Source: Candidatus Eiseniibacteriota bacterium (lineage in GTDB: Bacteria > Eisenbacteria > RBG-16-71-46 > CAIMUX01 > VGJL01). Taken from it: a stretch of DNA of 64,000 nt. The stretch lies in contig JBHGAY010000010.1 of NCBI GenBank assembly GCA_041946735.1, positions 32,001 through 96,000 of the forward strand, in the 5' to 3' direction. The position numbers and the translations under genes are program-made. Of the stretch, positions 35,565 to 44,484 are shown piece by piece (the first letter of the stretch is position 1; the number at the start of each line of letters is the position of its first letter). The notes below the pieces were generated by a model, which was not told where the DNA came from, searched no databases, and saw only the letters and a list, made by a program, of their open reading frames with translations.

Positions 35565-37670
35565 GTGGCGATGAGGGAGCGCGAAGTCCGCATTCTCGGC
35601 CGCACCTTCCATCTCGAATGGGGACGGATCGCGCGACAGGCCGACGGAGCCGTCATGGTCCGGGAAGGGGAGACGGTCGTGCTCGTGTCGGCGGTCGCGG
35701 ACGCCGAGCCGCGCCAGGGCGTCGATTTCTTCCCGCTCACGGTCGAGTACCGCGAGCGATTCTCGGCCGTCGGACGCTTTCCGGGAGGCTATCGCAAGCG
35801 CGAGGGGCAGGCGTCGAATCACGAGATCCTGACGAGCCGGCTGATCGATCGCTCGATCCGCCCGCTTTTCCCCGACGGGTTCCACAATGAGACGCAGGTG
35901 ATCGCGACGGTGCTCGCGAAAGAACCGGACGGCGACCCGGGTGTGCTCGCGATCCTCGGCGCGGCCGCGGCGTTGCAGATCTCCGACATCCCGTGGAACG
36001 GGCCGGTCGCCGGCATGCGGATCGGGCGCGCGCCGGAGGGAGGATGGATCGGCAACCCCACGCAGGAAGAGCGTCAGACGCCCACGCTCGATCTCCTCGC
36101 CTCGTTCCATCCCGAGGGGCTCGTGATGCTCGAGGGCGGTGCGCGAGAGCTGCCTGAGGCGGAGATCATCGACGCCCTGAGCTACGGGCAGGAGAAGCTC
36201 AAGCCGCTGCTCCATCTCCTCGTGGAGCTGAGAGATTCCGGCAAGCCGAAGAGGCCCTTCGATCCTCCGACGATCGATCCCGACATAGCGAGCGCGCTTC
36301 GGGAAGTCGCGGGAGAGGATGTGCGGCGCGCCGTAACCGTCGCGGAGAAGCAAGCCCGGCGGCAAGCGCTCCACGAGGCACGCGCGCGGGCTGCCGAGGC
36401 GTTGCGGGAGCGTTTCGGAGATCGCGAGAAGGAGATCGAGGCGGCCTTCGAGGAGCGGGTCTATGAGGCGCTTCGCTCCTCGATCCTCGACGAGGAGCGG
36501 CGCGCGGACGGCCGCGGCTTGCGGGAGATCCGGCCGATCTCGTGCGAGGTGGGGTGGCTGCCCCGCGTGCACGGATCCGCGCTCTTCACACGCGGCGAGA
36601 CGCAGTCGATCGCCGTCTGCACGCTCGGCACGGGGCAGGACGAGCAGGAGGTGGAGGGCCTCGAGGGGGTCGAGCGCGAGACGTTCCAGCTCTACTACCG
36701 CTTCCCGCCCTACTCCGTCGGCGAGGTGAGGCCGGTCCGCGCCCCGGGGCGCCGCGAAATCGGCCACGGAGCGCTCGCCCGCCGGGCGCTGGCGGCCGTG
36801 CTCCCGGCGCGCGAGCGCTTCCCGTACACCATCAAGGTGGAATCGGAGATCAGCGAATCGAACGGCTCCTCGAGCATGGCGAGCGTCTGCGGCGGCTGCC
36901 TCTGCCTGATGGACGCCGGCGTGCCGATCCACGCCCCGGTCGCAGGGATCGCGATGGGGCTCGTGCGCGACGGCGAACGCACGGCGATCCTCTCGGACAT
37001 CCTCGGCGACGAAGACCATCTCGGCGACATGGATTTCAAGGTCGCGGGCACCGGGAAGGGGATCACCGCGCTCCAGCTCGACAACAAGATCGGCTCCGTC
37101 CCCATCGACCTTCTGGCGGGCGCGTTGGATCAGGCGCGCTCCGGGCGTCTCCACATCCTCGCCGAGATGGCGAAGGCTCTTCGCGAGCCGCGCCCGCATC
37201 TCGCTCCGCACGCGCCCCGGATCGCCTCGACGAAGATCCCGACCTACCGCATTCGCGATCTGATCGGTTCGGGCGGGCGGGTCATCCAGGATCTGCAGGC
37301 CGATACGAGCACGCGGGTCGACGTCTCCGATGACGGGACGGTTCGCGTCTACGCGCAGAGCGAGCCGTCGCTCGAAATGGCGATGAAGCGGATTCGCGAT
37401 CTCACCGGCGAGCCGGAGGTCGGCAAGTATTACCGCGGGACGGTGACGGGCGTGAAGGAGTTCGGAGCATTCGTCCGCCTCTTCGAAGGGATCGAGGGCC
37501 TCGTGCATGCTTCGGAGCTGGCGCCGGGCGAAGTGCGGAGCGTCTCGTCGATCGCGCACGAAGGGGACGAGATGATCGTGAAGGTCCTGGGAGTCGACCC
37601 GAACGGCAAGATCCGGCTCTCGCGCAAGCAGGCGATCGGCGTGCCGGCGTCGGAGATCGCGAACGACTAG
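35565..37670 (+). CDS. pnp: Polyribonucleotide nucleotidyltransferase (PNPase)
   Basis: FFPLTVEYRE, SRLIDRSIRPLFP, HGSALFTRGETQ, RREIGHG, ESNGSSSMAS, DEDHLGDMDFKVAGT, KH and S1 domains. Confidence 0.96.
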   Translation: MAMREREVRILGRTFHLEWGRIARQADGAVMVREGETVVLVSAVADAEPRQGVDFFPLTVEYRERFSAVGRFPGGYRKREGQASNHEILTSRLIDRSIRPLFPDGFHNETQVIATVLAKEPDGDPGVLAILGAAAALQISDIPWNGPVAGMRIGRAPEGGWIGNPTQEERQTPTLDLLASFHPEGLVMLEGGARELPEAEIIDALSYGQEKLKPLLHLLVELRDSGKPKRPFDPPTIDPDIASALREVAGEDVRRAVTVAEKQARRQALHEARARAAEALRERFGDREKEIEAAFEERVYEALRSSILDEERRADGRGLREIRPISCEVGWLPRVHGSALFTRGETQSIAVCTLGTGQDEQEVEGLEGVERETFQLYYRFPPYSVGEVRPVRAPGRREIGHGALARRALAAVLPARERFPYTIKVESEISESNGSSSMASVCGGCLCLMDAGVPIHAPVAGIAMGLVRDGERTAILSDILGDEDHLGDMDFKVAGTGKGITALQLDNKIGSVPIDLLAGALDQARSGRLHILAEMAKALREPRPHLAPHAPRIASTKIPTYRIRDLIGSGGRVIQDLQADTSTRVDVSDDGTVRVYAQSEPSLEMAMKRIRDLTGEPEVGKYYRGTVTGVKEFGAFVRLFEGIEGLVHASELAPGEVRSVSSIAHEGDEMIVKVLGVDPNGKIRLSRKQAIGVPASEIAND

Positions 37671-37709
37671 AGGACTCCGCGCGGAGCGCGGAGCAGATCC
37701 GGGCGTGCG

Positions 37710-38279
37710 CTACCCCTCGGCATCCTCGTCGTCGAATCGATCGCCGCGCGCCGATGCGCCGCCGCGGGCGGCGGCGTTCCCGGCGGCTTCCCGGTTCCAG
37801 AACAGGAGCCGGTCCGGGGCGATCTCCGACAGCTCGCGAGCCGTTCGGTCGTCCACCACCGCGTACTCGCCTCGCACCGCCCCTTGCGTCTCCACGATCG
37901 CAGCCGCACCGAAGCTGACGCGCCGCAAGGCGACGTCGGAGAGATCGAGGAAGCGGATGCGGCCATCGGGAGCGGCGAAGAAGTAGCGGCGGTTCCCCGC
38001 GGTCGCCGTCCGCACCCAGCCGTTCAGGATCAGAAGCGAAACGCGGCGCTCGCGAGCTTGTTCCTGCTCGCGGCGCCGTCGTTCTGCTTCGCGCTCCCGG
38101 TCCGCTTTCTTGCGAGCTTCCAGTTCGGCCCGGAACTTCTCCTCCGAAGCCTTCTGCTCCGCCTCCACGCCCTGCTTGCCTACTTCGGCCGCGTGGATGC
38201 GTTCCTCATGCTTCGCTCGTCGAAGCTCCTTGTCGCTGACGAGACCGGCCTTACGGAGCTGTTCTCGTAGGTCGGACAT
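37710..38279 (-). CDS. DUF2058 (YaiL-like) family protein
   Basis: MSDLREQLRKAGLVS, a coiled coil, then RYFFAAPDGRIRFL. Confidence 0.75.
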   Translation of the reverse strand: MSDLREQLRKAGLVSDKELRRAKHEERIHAAEVGKQGVEAEQKASEEKFRAELEARKKADREREAERRRREQEQARERRVSLLILNGWVRTATAGNRRYFFAAPDGRIRFLDLSDVALRRVSFGAAAIVETQGAVRGEYAVVDDRTARELSEIAPDRLLFWNREAAGNAAARGGASARGDRFDDEDAEG

Positions 38280-38793
38280 CTTCGCCGTACCGTGTCTCCG
38301 TGTGACCGTTGCGATGACCGGGAGAGACGAAAGTCTCGATGCCGCGTCGCACCGCCACCGCGACCGCCAGGGCAGATCGCACCGGATCGAGCACTGCGCG
38401 ATCGACTCCGGCTCCGATCTGTTCGACCTTCTGGCGGGCTCGCGCCGTGCTCAGCTCGACCTGGTCGATCTGACGTTCCGTGGCCTGGACGAGGTGGTCG
38501 ACCGCTTGTCCCAAACCTCTGCTCGTCTCCCGGACCTGCAGCATCAGGTCATCGGTCGCGGTACGGACTCCGGTGGAAATCGACCGGACCTCGCTGGCGG
38601 TCGTCTCGATCGCCTGGCGGACCTGTCGAATGCTCGGCCCCAGGTTCGCGAGCTCGGGCTCCACCACGTTCAGTACCTTCTCGGCCCGCTTGGCCACTTT
38701 CGAGGCCACCCGGTAGAGGAGGAAGAGCACGACCAACTGGAGGACAGCGGCGACGATGATCACAGCGGCCAGAACTGCCTCGAAGGCCGACAT
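38251..38793 (-). CDS. Membrane-anchored coiled-coil protein (DUF948/YoxC-like)
   Basis: N-terminal TM followed by a heptad-rich helix. Follows a YtxH gene. AAGGAGGT SD. Confidence 0.65.
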   Translation of the reverse strand: MSAFEAVLAAVIIVAAVLQLVVLFLLYRVASKVAKRAEKVLNVVEPELANLGPSIRQVRQAIETTASEVRSISTGVRTATDDLMLQVRETSRGLGQAVDHLVQATERQIDQVELSTARARQKVEQIGAGVDRAVLDPVRSALAVAVAVRRGIETFVSPGHRNGHTETRYGEDVRPTRTAP

Positions 38794-38841
38794 GATACCT
38801 CCTTCGTGCGTGAGACCTCCTTCGTCTGAAGGGCTGTCGAT

Positions 38842-39156
38842 CTACATCGACGTCGACGACTCGGAACGATTCCGCTCTTCGCGGTAGGCCTGCTTCCCAG
38901 CCTCGACAGCGTGCTGGACGTTGTCCTTCTGGCGCTCGACGGTCCCCTTCACCCTGTCGACTCCTTGGGAGACCCTGTCGCCGATCGAACGTGCGGCATC
39001 CGCTCCCTTCTGGTAGCCCTGACGGGACGCGCTCGCGATCGTGTGCCGCATCTCGCGTCCGGATTTGGGTGTGAAGAGCATCGCCAAAGTGGCCCCGATG
39101 CCGGCGCCAATGAGGAAAAAGGTCAGTCGATCACCGGCGGATCTTTCATCTGACAT
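38842..39156 (-). CDS. YtxH domain protein
   Basis: FLIGAGIGATLAMLFTPKSGREMR...AVEAGKQAY. GAGGAGGT SD. Confidence 0.9.
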   Translation of the reverse strand: MSDERSAGDRLTFFLIGAGIGATLAMLFTPKSGREMRHTIASASRQGYQKGADAARSIGDRVSQGVDRVKGTVERQKDNVQHAVEAGKQAYREERNRSESSTSM

Positions 39157-39255
39157 TGTAGTTACCTCCTCTCGGTCGAGTGCTGCACGCCCCTTGGTTG
39201 GCAGCCTAGCCGCTCAAGAAGGAAAGGGTCAAGCGCCGAGGGATTGGTTCCGAAG

Positions 39256-39283
39256 TTGACTGTAGCGCAGAAGATGGTAAATT
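39256..39283 (+). promoter_or_regulatory. Putative sigma70 promoter TTGACT-N16-TAAATT with extended -10 (TG)
   Basis: Near-consensus hexamers in an AT-richer intergenic region about 165 nt upstream of ATG 39449. Confidence 0.55.
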
Positions 39284-39448
39284 CTTTGACAGCCCCATCG
39301 ACACGGCGAGACGAAGGGCCCCTGGCTTGCACAAACACTTCGGGCCCGTCGCCGCGCTCGTGGACTGGATCCAAGCGCGGGGTCCAAGGTGCGGGCGTTT
39401 TCGAAGTCCATGGACTGTCCAATTCAATTTCCGCGTAGGGAGGAGCCA

Positions 39449-40435
39449 ATGCGCAGACTGTTTGCTATCGCGGCTCTGGGTCTGCTGACCCTGACGATGC
39501 CGGCCTTCGCTGCCGTTCCGGGCGCCGACGATGCGAACCTCACCCCCGCTGGCGGTGGTGTTGGAACGCGCGTCGACTGTCCGGGCACCGTGGTGTGGGA
39601 TACGGGAATGTACGATGAGTTCTCCCCGCCCACCGGCTGTTCCACGGCTGCGAGCTCTGGATGCTTCGTCGAAGCGATCAACGACGGTGGATTCCCGGCC
39701 GATGGCCGCCGCCTTGCCGACGACTTCTTCGGCACCGGCGGTGATCCGATCACGCACGTGAAGTTCTGGGCCCGTTACAACGCGCAGGGCTATGACTATC
39801 ACGCGCTGGACCCGGGGACCCTCCACGGCTTCTGCATCAAGTTCTATCGCACCGACCCGGTCGCTTGCCCGGACGGAACGGTCCCGGGTGAGGAGGCGAT
39901 CGGCCAGATCGTCTACGACGAGTATGTGCAGGACTTCGTCGAGGAGGAGATCTTCACCGGTCTCATCCGCAACTTCAACTACTGCGTGACCCTGCCCGTG
40001 CCGTTCCAGACCGAGGCAGACGTCCAGTACTGGTTCAGTGCCAGCGCCGACTTCGACTTCACCTCGTACGCCGACGGAGTCACTCAGTGGTTCTGGCGTG
40101 TGTACCCGGGTTACGGAATCAGCGCGTGCGAAGCCTCCTGGTGGGACACCTGGAACACGCCGAACACGAACTGGACCCCGGTCAGCATCGGCGTGAACAT
40201 CCCGTGCTGGGAAGGCTGGGACGCCTCCATGGTTCTCTACTCGAATCTCGTTCCTCCGCAGGATGGCGCCTGCTGCCTGCCCGACGGCTCGTGCATCTTC
40301 GTCTCGCGTGACGAGTGCAACACCCAGGGCGGTGTCTATCAGGGCGACAACGTGCCTTGCGAAGAGGTTCAGTGCCCGCCGCCAGTCGCGACGGAGGAGA
40401 AGACCTGGGGCTCGATCAAGGCCAACTTCCGCTAG
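39449..40435 (+). CDS. Secreted Cys-rich protein ending in a TWGxIK-type C-terminal motif
   Basis: GGGAGGAG SD, signal peptide (PAFA-A), ADDF-containing beta domain, GACCLPDGSC...C...GGVYQGDNVPC module, terminal ATEEKTWGSIKANFR. Confidence 0.85.
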   Translation: MRRLFAIAALGLLTLTMPAFAAVPGADDANLTPAGGGVGTRVDCPGTVVWDTGMYDEFSPPTGCSTAASSGCFVEAINDGGFPADGRRLADDFFGTGGDPITHVKFWARYNAQGYDYHALDPGTLHGFCIKFYRTDPVACPDGTVPGEEAIGQIVYDEYVQDFVEEEIFTGLIRNFNYCVTLPVPFQTEADVQYWFSASADFDFTSYADGVTQWFWRVYPGYGISACEASWWDTWNTPNTNWTPVSIGVNIPCWEGWDASMVLYSNLVPPQDGACCLPDGSCIFVSRDECNTQGGVYQGDNVPCEEVQCPPPVATEEKTWGSIKANFR

Positions 40436-40470
40436 TCGGTTCGTCCGGACCGAGTCTACTCGGTCAGCCT

Positions 40471-40506
40471 GGGAGATCCGGGGCTTCGGCTCCGGATCTC
40501 TCTTTT
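40471..40506 (+). terminator. Intrinsic terminator
   Basis: GGGAGATCCGGGGC-TTCG-GCTCCGGATCTCTC-TTTT. A second hairpin GACCGAGT-CT-ACTCGGTC lies just upstream. Confidence 0.85.
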
Positions 40507-40606
40507 AGTGCGCCCGGCATGGGCACCGATCTGGGCGTGCGAGTCCTGCCCTGAGCCGGCGGCCACGAAGCGCCGCCCGGGATGGCGCGGCGCAAGCGGC
40601 GGGGGG

Positions 40607-41380
40607 CTACGATTTCGAGGCGGCGGCGCGAAGGCTGTCGGGCCGCAGGGAAGGCTGGAGCGCCTCGAGAATGTGACGCAGCTTCCACGCGGCGCTCTTC
40701 AGCGGGGGCGGGCTGGGAAAGCGGATCTTGTCTTCCGCGAGGCTCAGGAGTCCGGACCGTCCCTGCCATGACCGGTTGTAGCCGACCGCCATGCCGTAGC
40801 GCTGGCCCTCGTGGCGAAAGAGCACGAGCCCGGTGATCCGCGTGTCATCCATCTGTCCGCCCAGCATCCTGTCGATCCATCCATCGATGTCCACCCAGAC
40901 CGTTCCTTGGCGGACTCCGAAGAGGTGGACGTCGCTGAGCACCACTTCCTGCTTCTTCTTTCCATCCCGGTGCTCGAGCGACAGGCGTCCCAGATTCCAT
41001 TCCCGAAACACGACGTTCTGGCTCGCACGCAGGCTGCCCGGGTTGTAGCCCAGGATCTGATACGGCACGGGGAGGCGCAGCGGTTCGCGGAACGAGGCTT
41101 CGATGCGCATCGTCGGGGAGTCCGGCTCGGGCTCGCGCGTCAGCACGCGGAGATGCTGGTAAGGCAGGCGGCTCTCTCGTGATGCCTGCCGGACGGTCGA
41201 GTCGAGCGTTGCCGCGTCGATCGAGCCGCAGAGATCCTCGTCCACGAGGCTCACCAGGAAGGCGAAGACGGGATCGCGGACCCCGCTCGCGGGGACGACG
41301 GCATCGAGGCGGACCGGATCGGAGCTTCCCGAATGGTGGAGAGACGCGAGCAACAGGATGGCGACGAGCCAGGTATGCAT
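40607..41380 (-). CDS. Hypothetical secreted protein
   Basis: Signal peptide MHTWLVAILLLASL, globular composition. No family recognised. Confidence 0.7.
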   Translation of the reverse strand: MHTWLVAILLLASLHHSGSSDPVRLDAVVPASGVRDPVFAFLVSLVDEDLCGSIDAATLDSTVRQASRESRLPYQHLRVLTREPEPDSPTMRIEASFREPLRLPVPYQILGYNPGSLRASQNVVFREWNLGRLSLEHRDGKKKQEVVLSDVHLFGVRQGTVWVDIDGWIDRMLGGQMDDTRITGLVLFRHEGQRYGMAVGYNRSWQGRSGLLSLAEDKIRFPSPPPLKSAAWKLRHILEALQPSLRPDSLRAAASKS

Positions 41381-41606
41381 GTCCCGATTCTGCGCAGGCG
41401 GAACGGCCGAACGCAACCGAGTGCGGGCGGGAGGGAGGGGGTCGGCATGACGCTTGCGAATCGCAATGCCAGGCCGCGCGGGATCGGGCGGAGTCCAGCG
41501 GCAGGAGGCCGCCGCCGCGCCGGACTCATGAAGGCGCTAGAAAGCGCTTTCGCCGGCGAGTCCGCCCGGGGAGACTCGCACCGGGCGAACGGAGGGGGAG
41601 CGGACG

Positions 41607-43487
41607 ATGCGCCGGCGGAGGGATCCAGAGTCGAGTCCAATCTTGCCGTGGGTCGGCCGCCGGAAGGGGGCGGGGCGGACCGCTCCGCCGATCGACCTCC
41701 ATGCCACTTGCCTCGCGCAGATCGTCCGGATCGTCTCATTCATCTCGTTCGCGTTCGTGCTCGCGCTCGGGACTGGCTTCGGTTCTGGTCCCTTTCTCTG
41801 TCCCGGCTTTGGCTTCGGCTTCGGCTGTGGCTTCGGCTTTGGCCTCGGGCTGCGCGCGCTTCCGCCCGTCGTCCTCGGAGTGCAGCCGGCGCTCGCAGCT
41901 GAGACGCGCCTGGCGCCTGAGATGCTTCTCGCCGGCGATCGGGCTTGGGAGGATCTGGCGCGGCTCGAGGCCACTGGGGCGCTGCCGGTCGGCCTCACGG
42001 CGCTCCGGCCCGTTCCGCGCTGGGTAGCGGCCCGCTGGGTGGTAGAGATGCGTGATGCGCCGGCCGCCCAGGTCGATGCAGCGGCCCTCGCCCGGCTCGA
42101 GCGCGAGTTTGCGCGCGAGATACGCCGCCTCGGCTTCGTCTCGCAGGCAAGAGAGACGCCGCCGGCACTGCGACTCGCGGACGAGGACGCCGACGCATCC
42201 GCTGGCGAGACACGGCTCGCCGGAGAGGAGAGGGAGGCCGGCGTCCTCGATGGGGCCCGCTCGGAGCTGCGAGCGGGACCTACGGCCGCCGTGCAAGCGC
42301 GCGCATCGGGCGGGGAAGCCCGCTTCGGCGATTCGACTCGGGCGGGACTCTACTCGGTCCTGCTGCTCGGCAGCGCCGCAGCCTTTCAAGGAGAGCTTTG
42401 GATCGGCGAGGTCGAGCGCGGGCGCGAAATCGGCGATCCGCTCGTGGCGCACACCGATGTCCTCTACTTCTCGGAGGAGGCGGGCGCCGCCGTGGGTCTC
42501 GATTCCTTCCGCCTCCGCCTCGCGCGCGGCCGGCATCACTGGGGGGCCGGCCGGTCCGAGTCGTTGTTGCTCGATCGCCTCGCGCCGCCGCTCGACTTCC
42601 TCGAATGGGCCGTGGATCTTCCGCGCGGGATCCGCTTCGTCTCCTGGAGTGGGACTCTCGGAGCGCGCGACGAGCGGGGCATCGCCGCCCACCGTCTCGA
42701 GGTCCCTTTCGGGGACGGTCTGCGCCTCGCTCTATCCGAAGGGGTGCGCTTCACGGGAGGGCTCGACCATCCTCTCTACCTGCTCGGGATCTTCCCGTAC
42801 ACGCTGGTCCAGCGCTTCGACGAGCAAGACGCGAGGGATCCGGAGGACGAGGACCGCCAGCGCAACAACGTGCTTCTCGATCTCGAGCTGATGGCGCGGC
42901 CGCGTCCGGGATCCGTCGTGACGCTCGAGTTTCTCGCCGACGACATCGCGACCGAAGAGGCCGATTCGCCCGCCCGGCTCGCCGGCCGGCTTGGAGCGGG
43001 TATCGCGCCGCGGGTCCTCGGGGCCCCGCTCGAGCTTCGACTCGAGGGGACCAAGGTCTCCCGCTACACCTATGCCGTCTTCTATCGGGACGTGTGCGAG
43101 TGCGATTGGATTCAACAGGGCCGGGCGATCGGCGATCCCGACGGGCCGGATCAAGAGGCGTTGCGGCTGTGGGCCGGGCGCGCGATCGGACGCGATCATG
43201 AGGTCGCGCTCTCCGCCATTTGGGCGAACCGCGGCGCGAGCCCGCTCGGCGAGGCGTGGGTTCCGGGCGGGCCGGGACAGGAAGGATTGACGAGCGAGGC
43301 GCTACACGTCAGCAGCCCGGTCGAGCGCGAGCGAGGCATGGCGGGATCGTGGAGGTGGATGCCTCGCGACAACATCTGGATCGAGACGATCGCCTCGGTC
43401 TCCCGCTTCCGGAACGCGGGGAACCGGCCGGGCGGGGAGACGGAGACGGCCTGGCGTCTGGAGCTTCGGGCCGCGGCGCGCTACTGA
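41607..43487 (+). CDS. Capsule assembly Wzi-like outer-membrane beta-barrel protein (start uncertain)
   Basis: LEATGAL...LRPVPR, RGRHHWGAGRSESLLL, AHRLE, LSEGV, EFLADD, GDPDGPD, C-terminal aromatic residue. Confidence 0.7.
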   Translation: MRRRRDPESSPILPWVGRRKGAGRTAPPIDLHATCLAQIVRIVSFISFAFVLALGTGFGSGPFLCPGFGFGFGCGFGFGLGLRALPPVVLGVQPALAAETRLAPEMLLAGDRAWEDLARLEATGALPVGLTALRPVPRWVAARWVVEMRDAPAAQVDAAALARLEREFAREIRRLGFVSQARETPPALRLADEDADASAGETRLAGEEREAGVLDGARSELRAGPTAAVQARASGGEARFGDSTRAGLYSVLLLGSAAAFQGELWIGEVERGREIGDPLVAHTDVLYFSEEAGAAVGLDSFRLRLARGRHHWGAGRSESLLLDRLAPPLDFLEWAVDLPRGIRFVSWSGTLGARDERGIAAHRLEVPFGDGLRLALSEGVRFTGGLDHPLYLLGIFPYTLVQRFDEQDARDPEDEDRQRNNVLLDLELMARPRPGSVVTLEFLADDIATEEADSPARLAGRLGAGIAPRVLGAPLELRLEGTKVSRYTYAVFYRDVCECDWIQQGRAIGDPDGPDQEALRLWAGRAIGRDHEVALSAIWANRGASPLGEAWVPGGPGQEGLTSEALHVSSPVERERGMAGSWRWMPRDNIWIETIASVSRFRNAGNRPGGETETAWRLELRAAARY

Positions 43488-43525
43488 GGAGCCGGGCGCG
43501 CGGCGGCTCCTCACCAGCTCTTCGG

Positions 43526-44173
43526 CTACTGGCGCTCCGGCGAAGTCCCTCCCGAGGAAGGATAGAAGCGCGCGCTTCGCAGCATTCCGAGAACCGCCTC
43601 ACGGTCCGCCTTCCAGCGCTCGACGCTGCTCGCCTGATCGCGGAAAAGGACGAGCGCGTTCGGGACCGTGAAGAAGGCCATGCCTCGGTATTCGCCCCCA
43701 TCGAGCGGCCCGTAGGTGTAGTACGGGATCTCCTCGCCCGCCATGGTCCGGACGATGGTGCTGTCTTTCGGGACGAACCCCTGCTTGCGTCCCTCGCTCA
43801 GGATGTACTGCACCGCTTCGGCGAAGGGAACGCCGCCGGCGCGCTCCTGCCTGTCGATCGTGAGCAAGGTCTCGATCTCCTGGCCCGGCTTCATCCCGGA
43901 GGGATGGAGGAACGCGCGGACATGGAATTCCTCGGCGAGCTTCAGGTTCGTTTCCCAGCCGTCCGCCGGGGCGATCTCGAGCACGCCGCCGGGGAGGCTG
44001 TAGCGCAGCTTCGTGCCCGGCTTCTCGGTGCCCGGTCCCCCTCCGAGCTGCGCGCCGCCTCCTTCCTGCGCGAGCGCGGAAGGCGGCGCGGACCACGCCG
44101 CTACGAGCAGCGCGGCGGCGAGGAGGAGGAGCGCCTGAGCGAAGGGACGGATCGAGCGCTTGCCTGTGTTCAC
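43526..44173 (-). CDS. Hypothetical secreted protein
   Basis: GTG after GAAGGAG, signal peptide ending SALA-Q. Confidence 0.65.
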   Translation of the reverse strand: MNTGKRSIRPFAQALLLLAAALLVAAWSAPPSALAQEGGGAQLGGGPGTEKPGTKLRYSLPGGVLEIAPADGWETNLKLAEEFHVRAFLHPSGMKPGQEIETLLTIDRQERAGGVPFAEAVQYILSEGRKQGFVPKDSTIVRTMAGEEIPYYTYGPLDGGEYRGMAFFTVPNALVLFRDQASSVERWKADREAVLGMLRSARFYPSSGGTSPERQ

Positions 44174-44242
44174 CGGATCTCCTTCCTGCGGCATTCGGGC
44201 GCCGCCCGGCGAATCTATCACGCGGACCGCTCCTGATGAAAC

Positions 44243-44316
44243 GCGGCGCGACGGCCACGAGGCCGAGAGGAGGCGGCGGCGCGACGGCCACGAGGCCGAG
44301 GAGGAGGCGGCGGCGC
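44243..44316. repeat. 33/34-bp tandem duplication in a divergent intergenic region
   Basis: GCGGCGCGACGGCCACGAGGCCGAG(G)AGGAGGCG x2. Confidence 0.9.
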
Positions 44317-44484
44317 CGAGAAGCCGCCCGAGAGCGGCGCGCGGGCTAGGGATTGGCGCCCCGCTCGCGTATCCTTTTCAGATCCCCTTCGGACGGATTC
44401 GGCCGCGCCTCCGGCTCGGGACTGCGGGTCTGCGTCTTCGTCGATCCTGCGTCTTCGTCGATCGGTCAACGGAAAGGTGGAACC

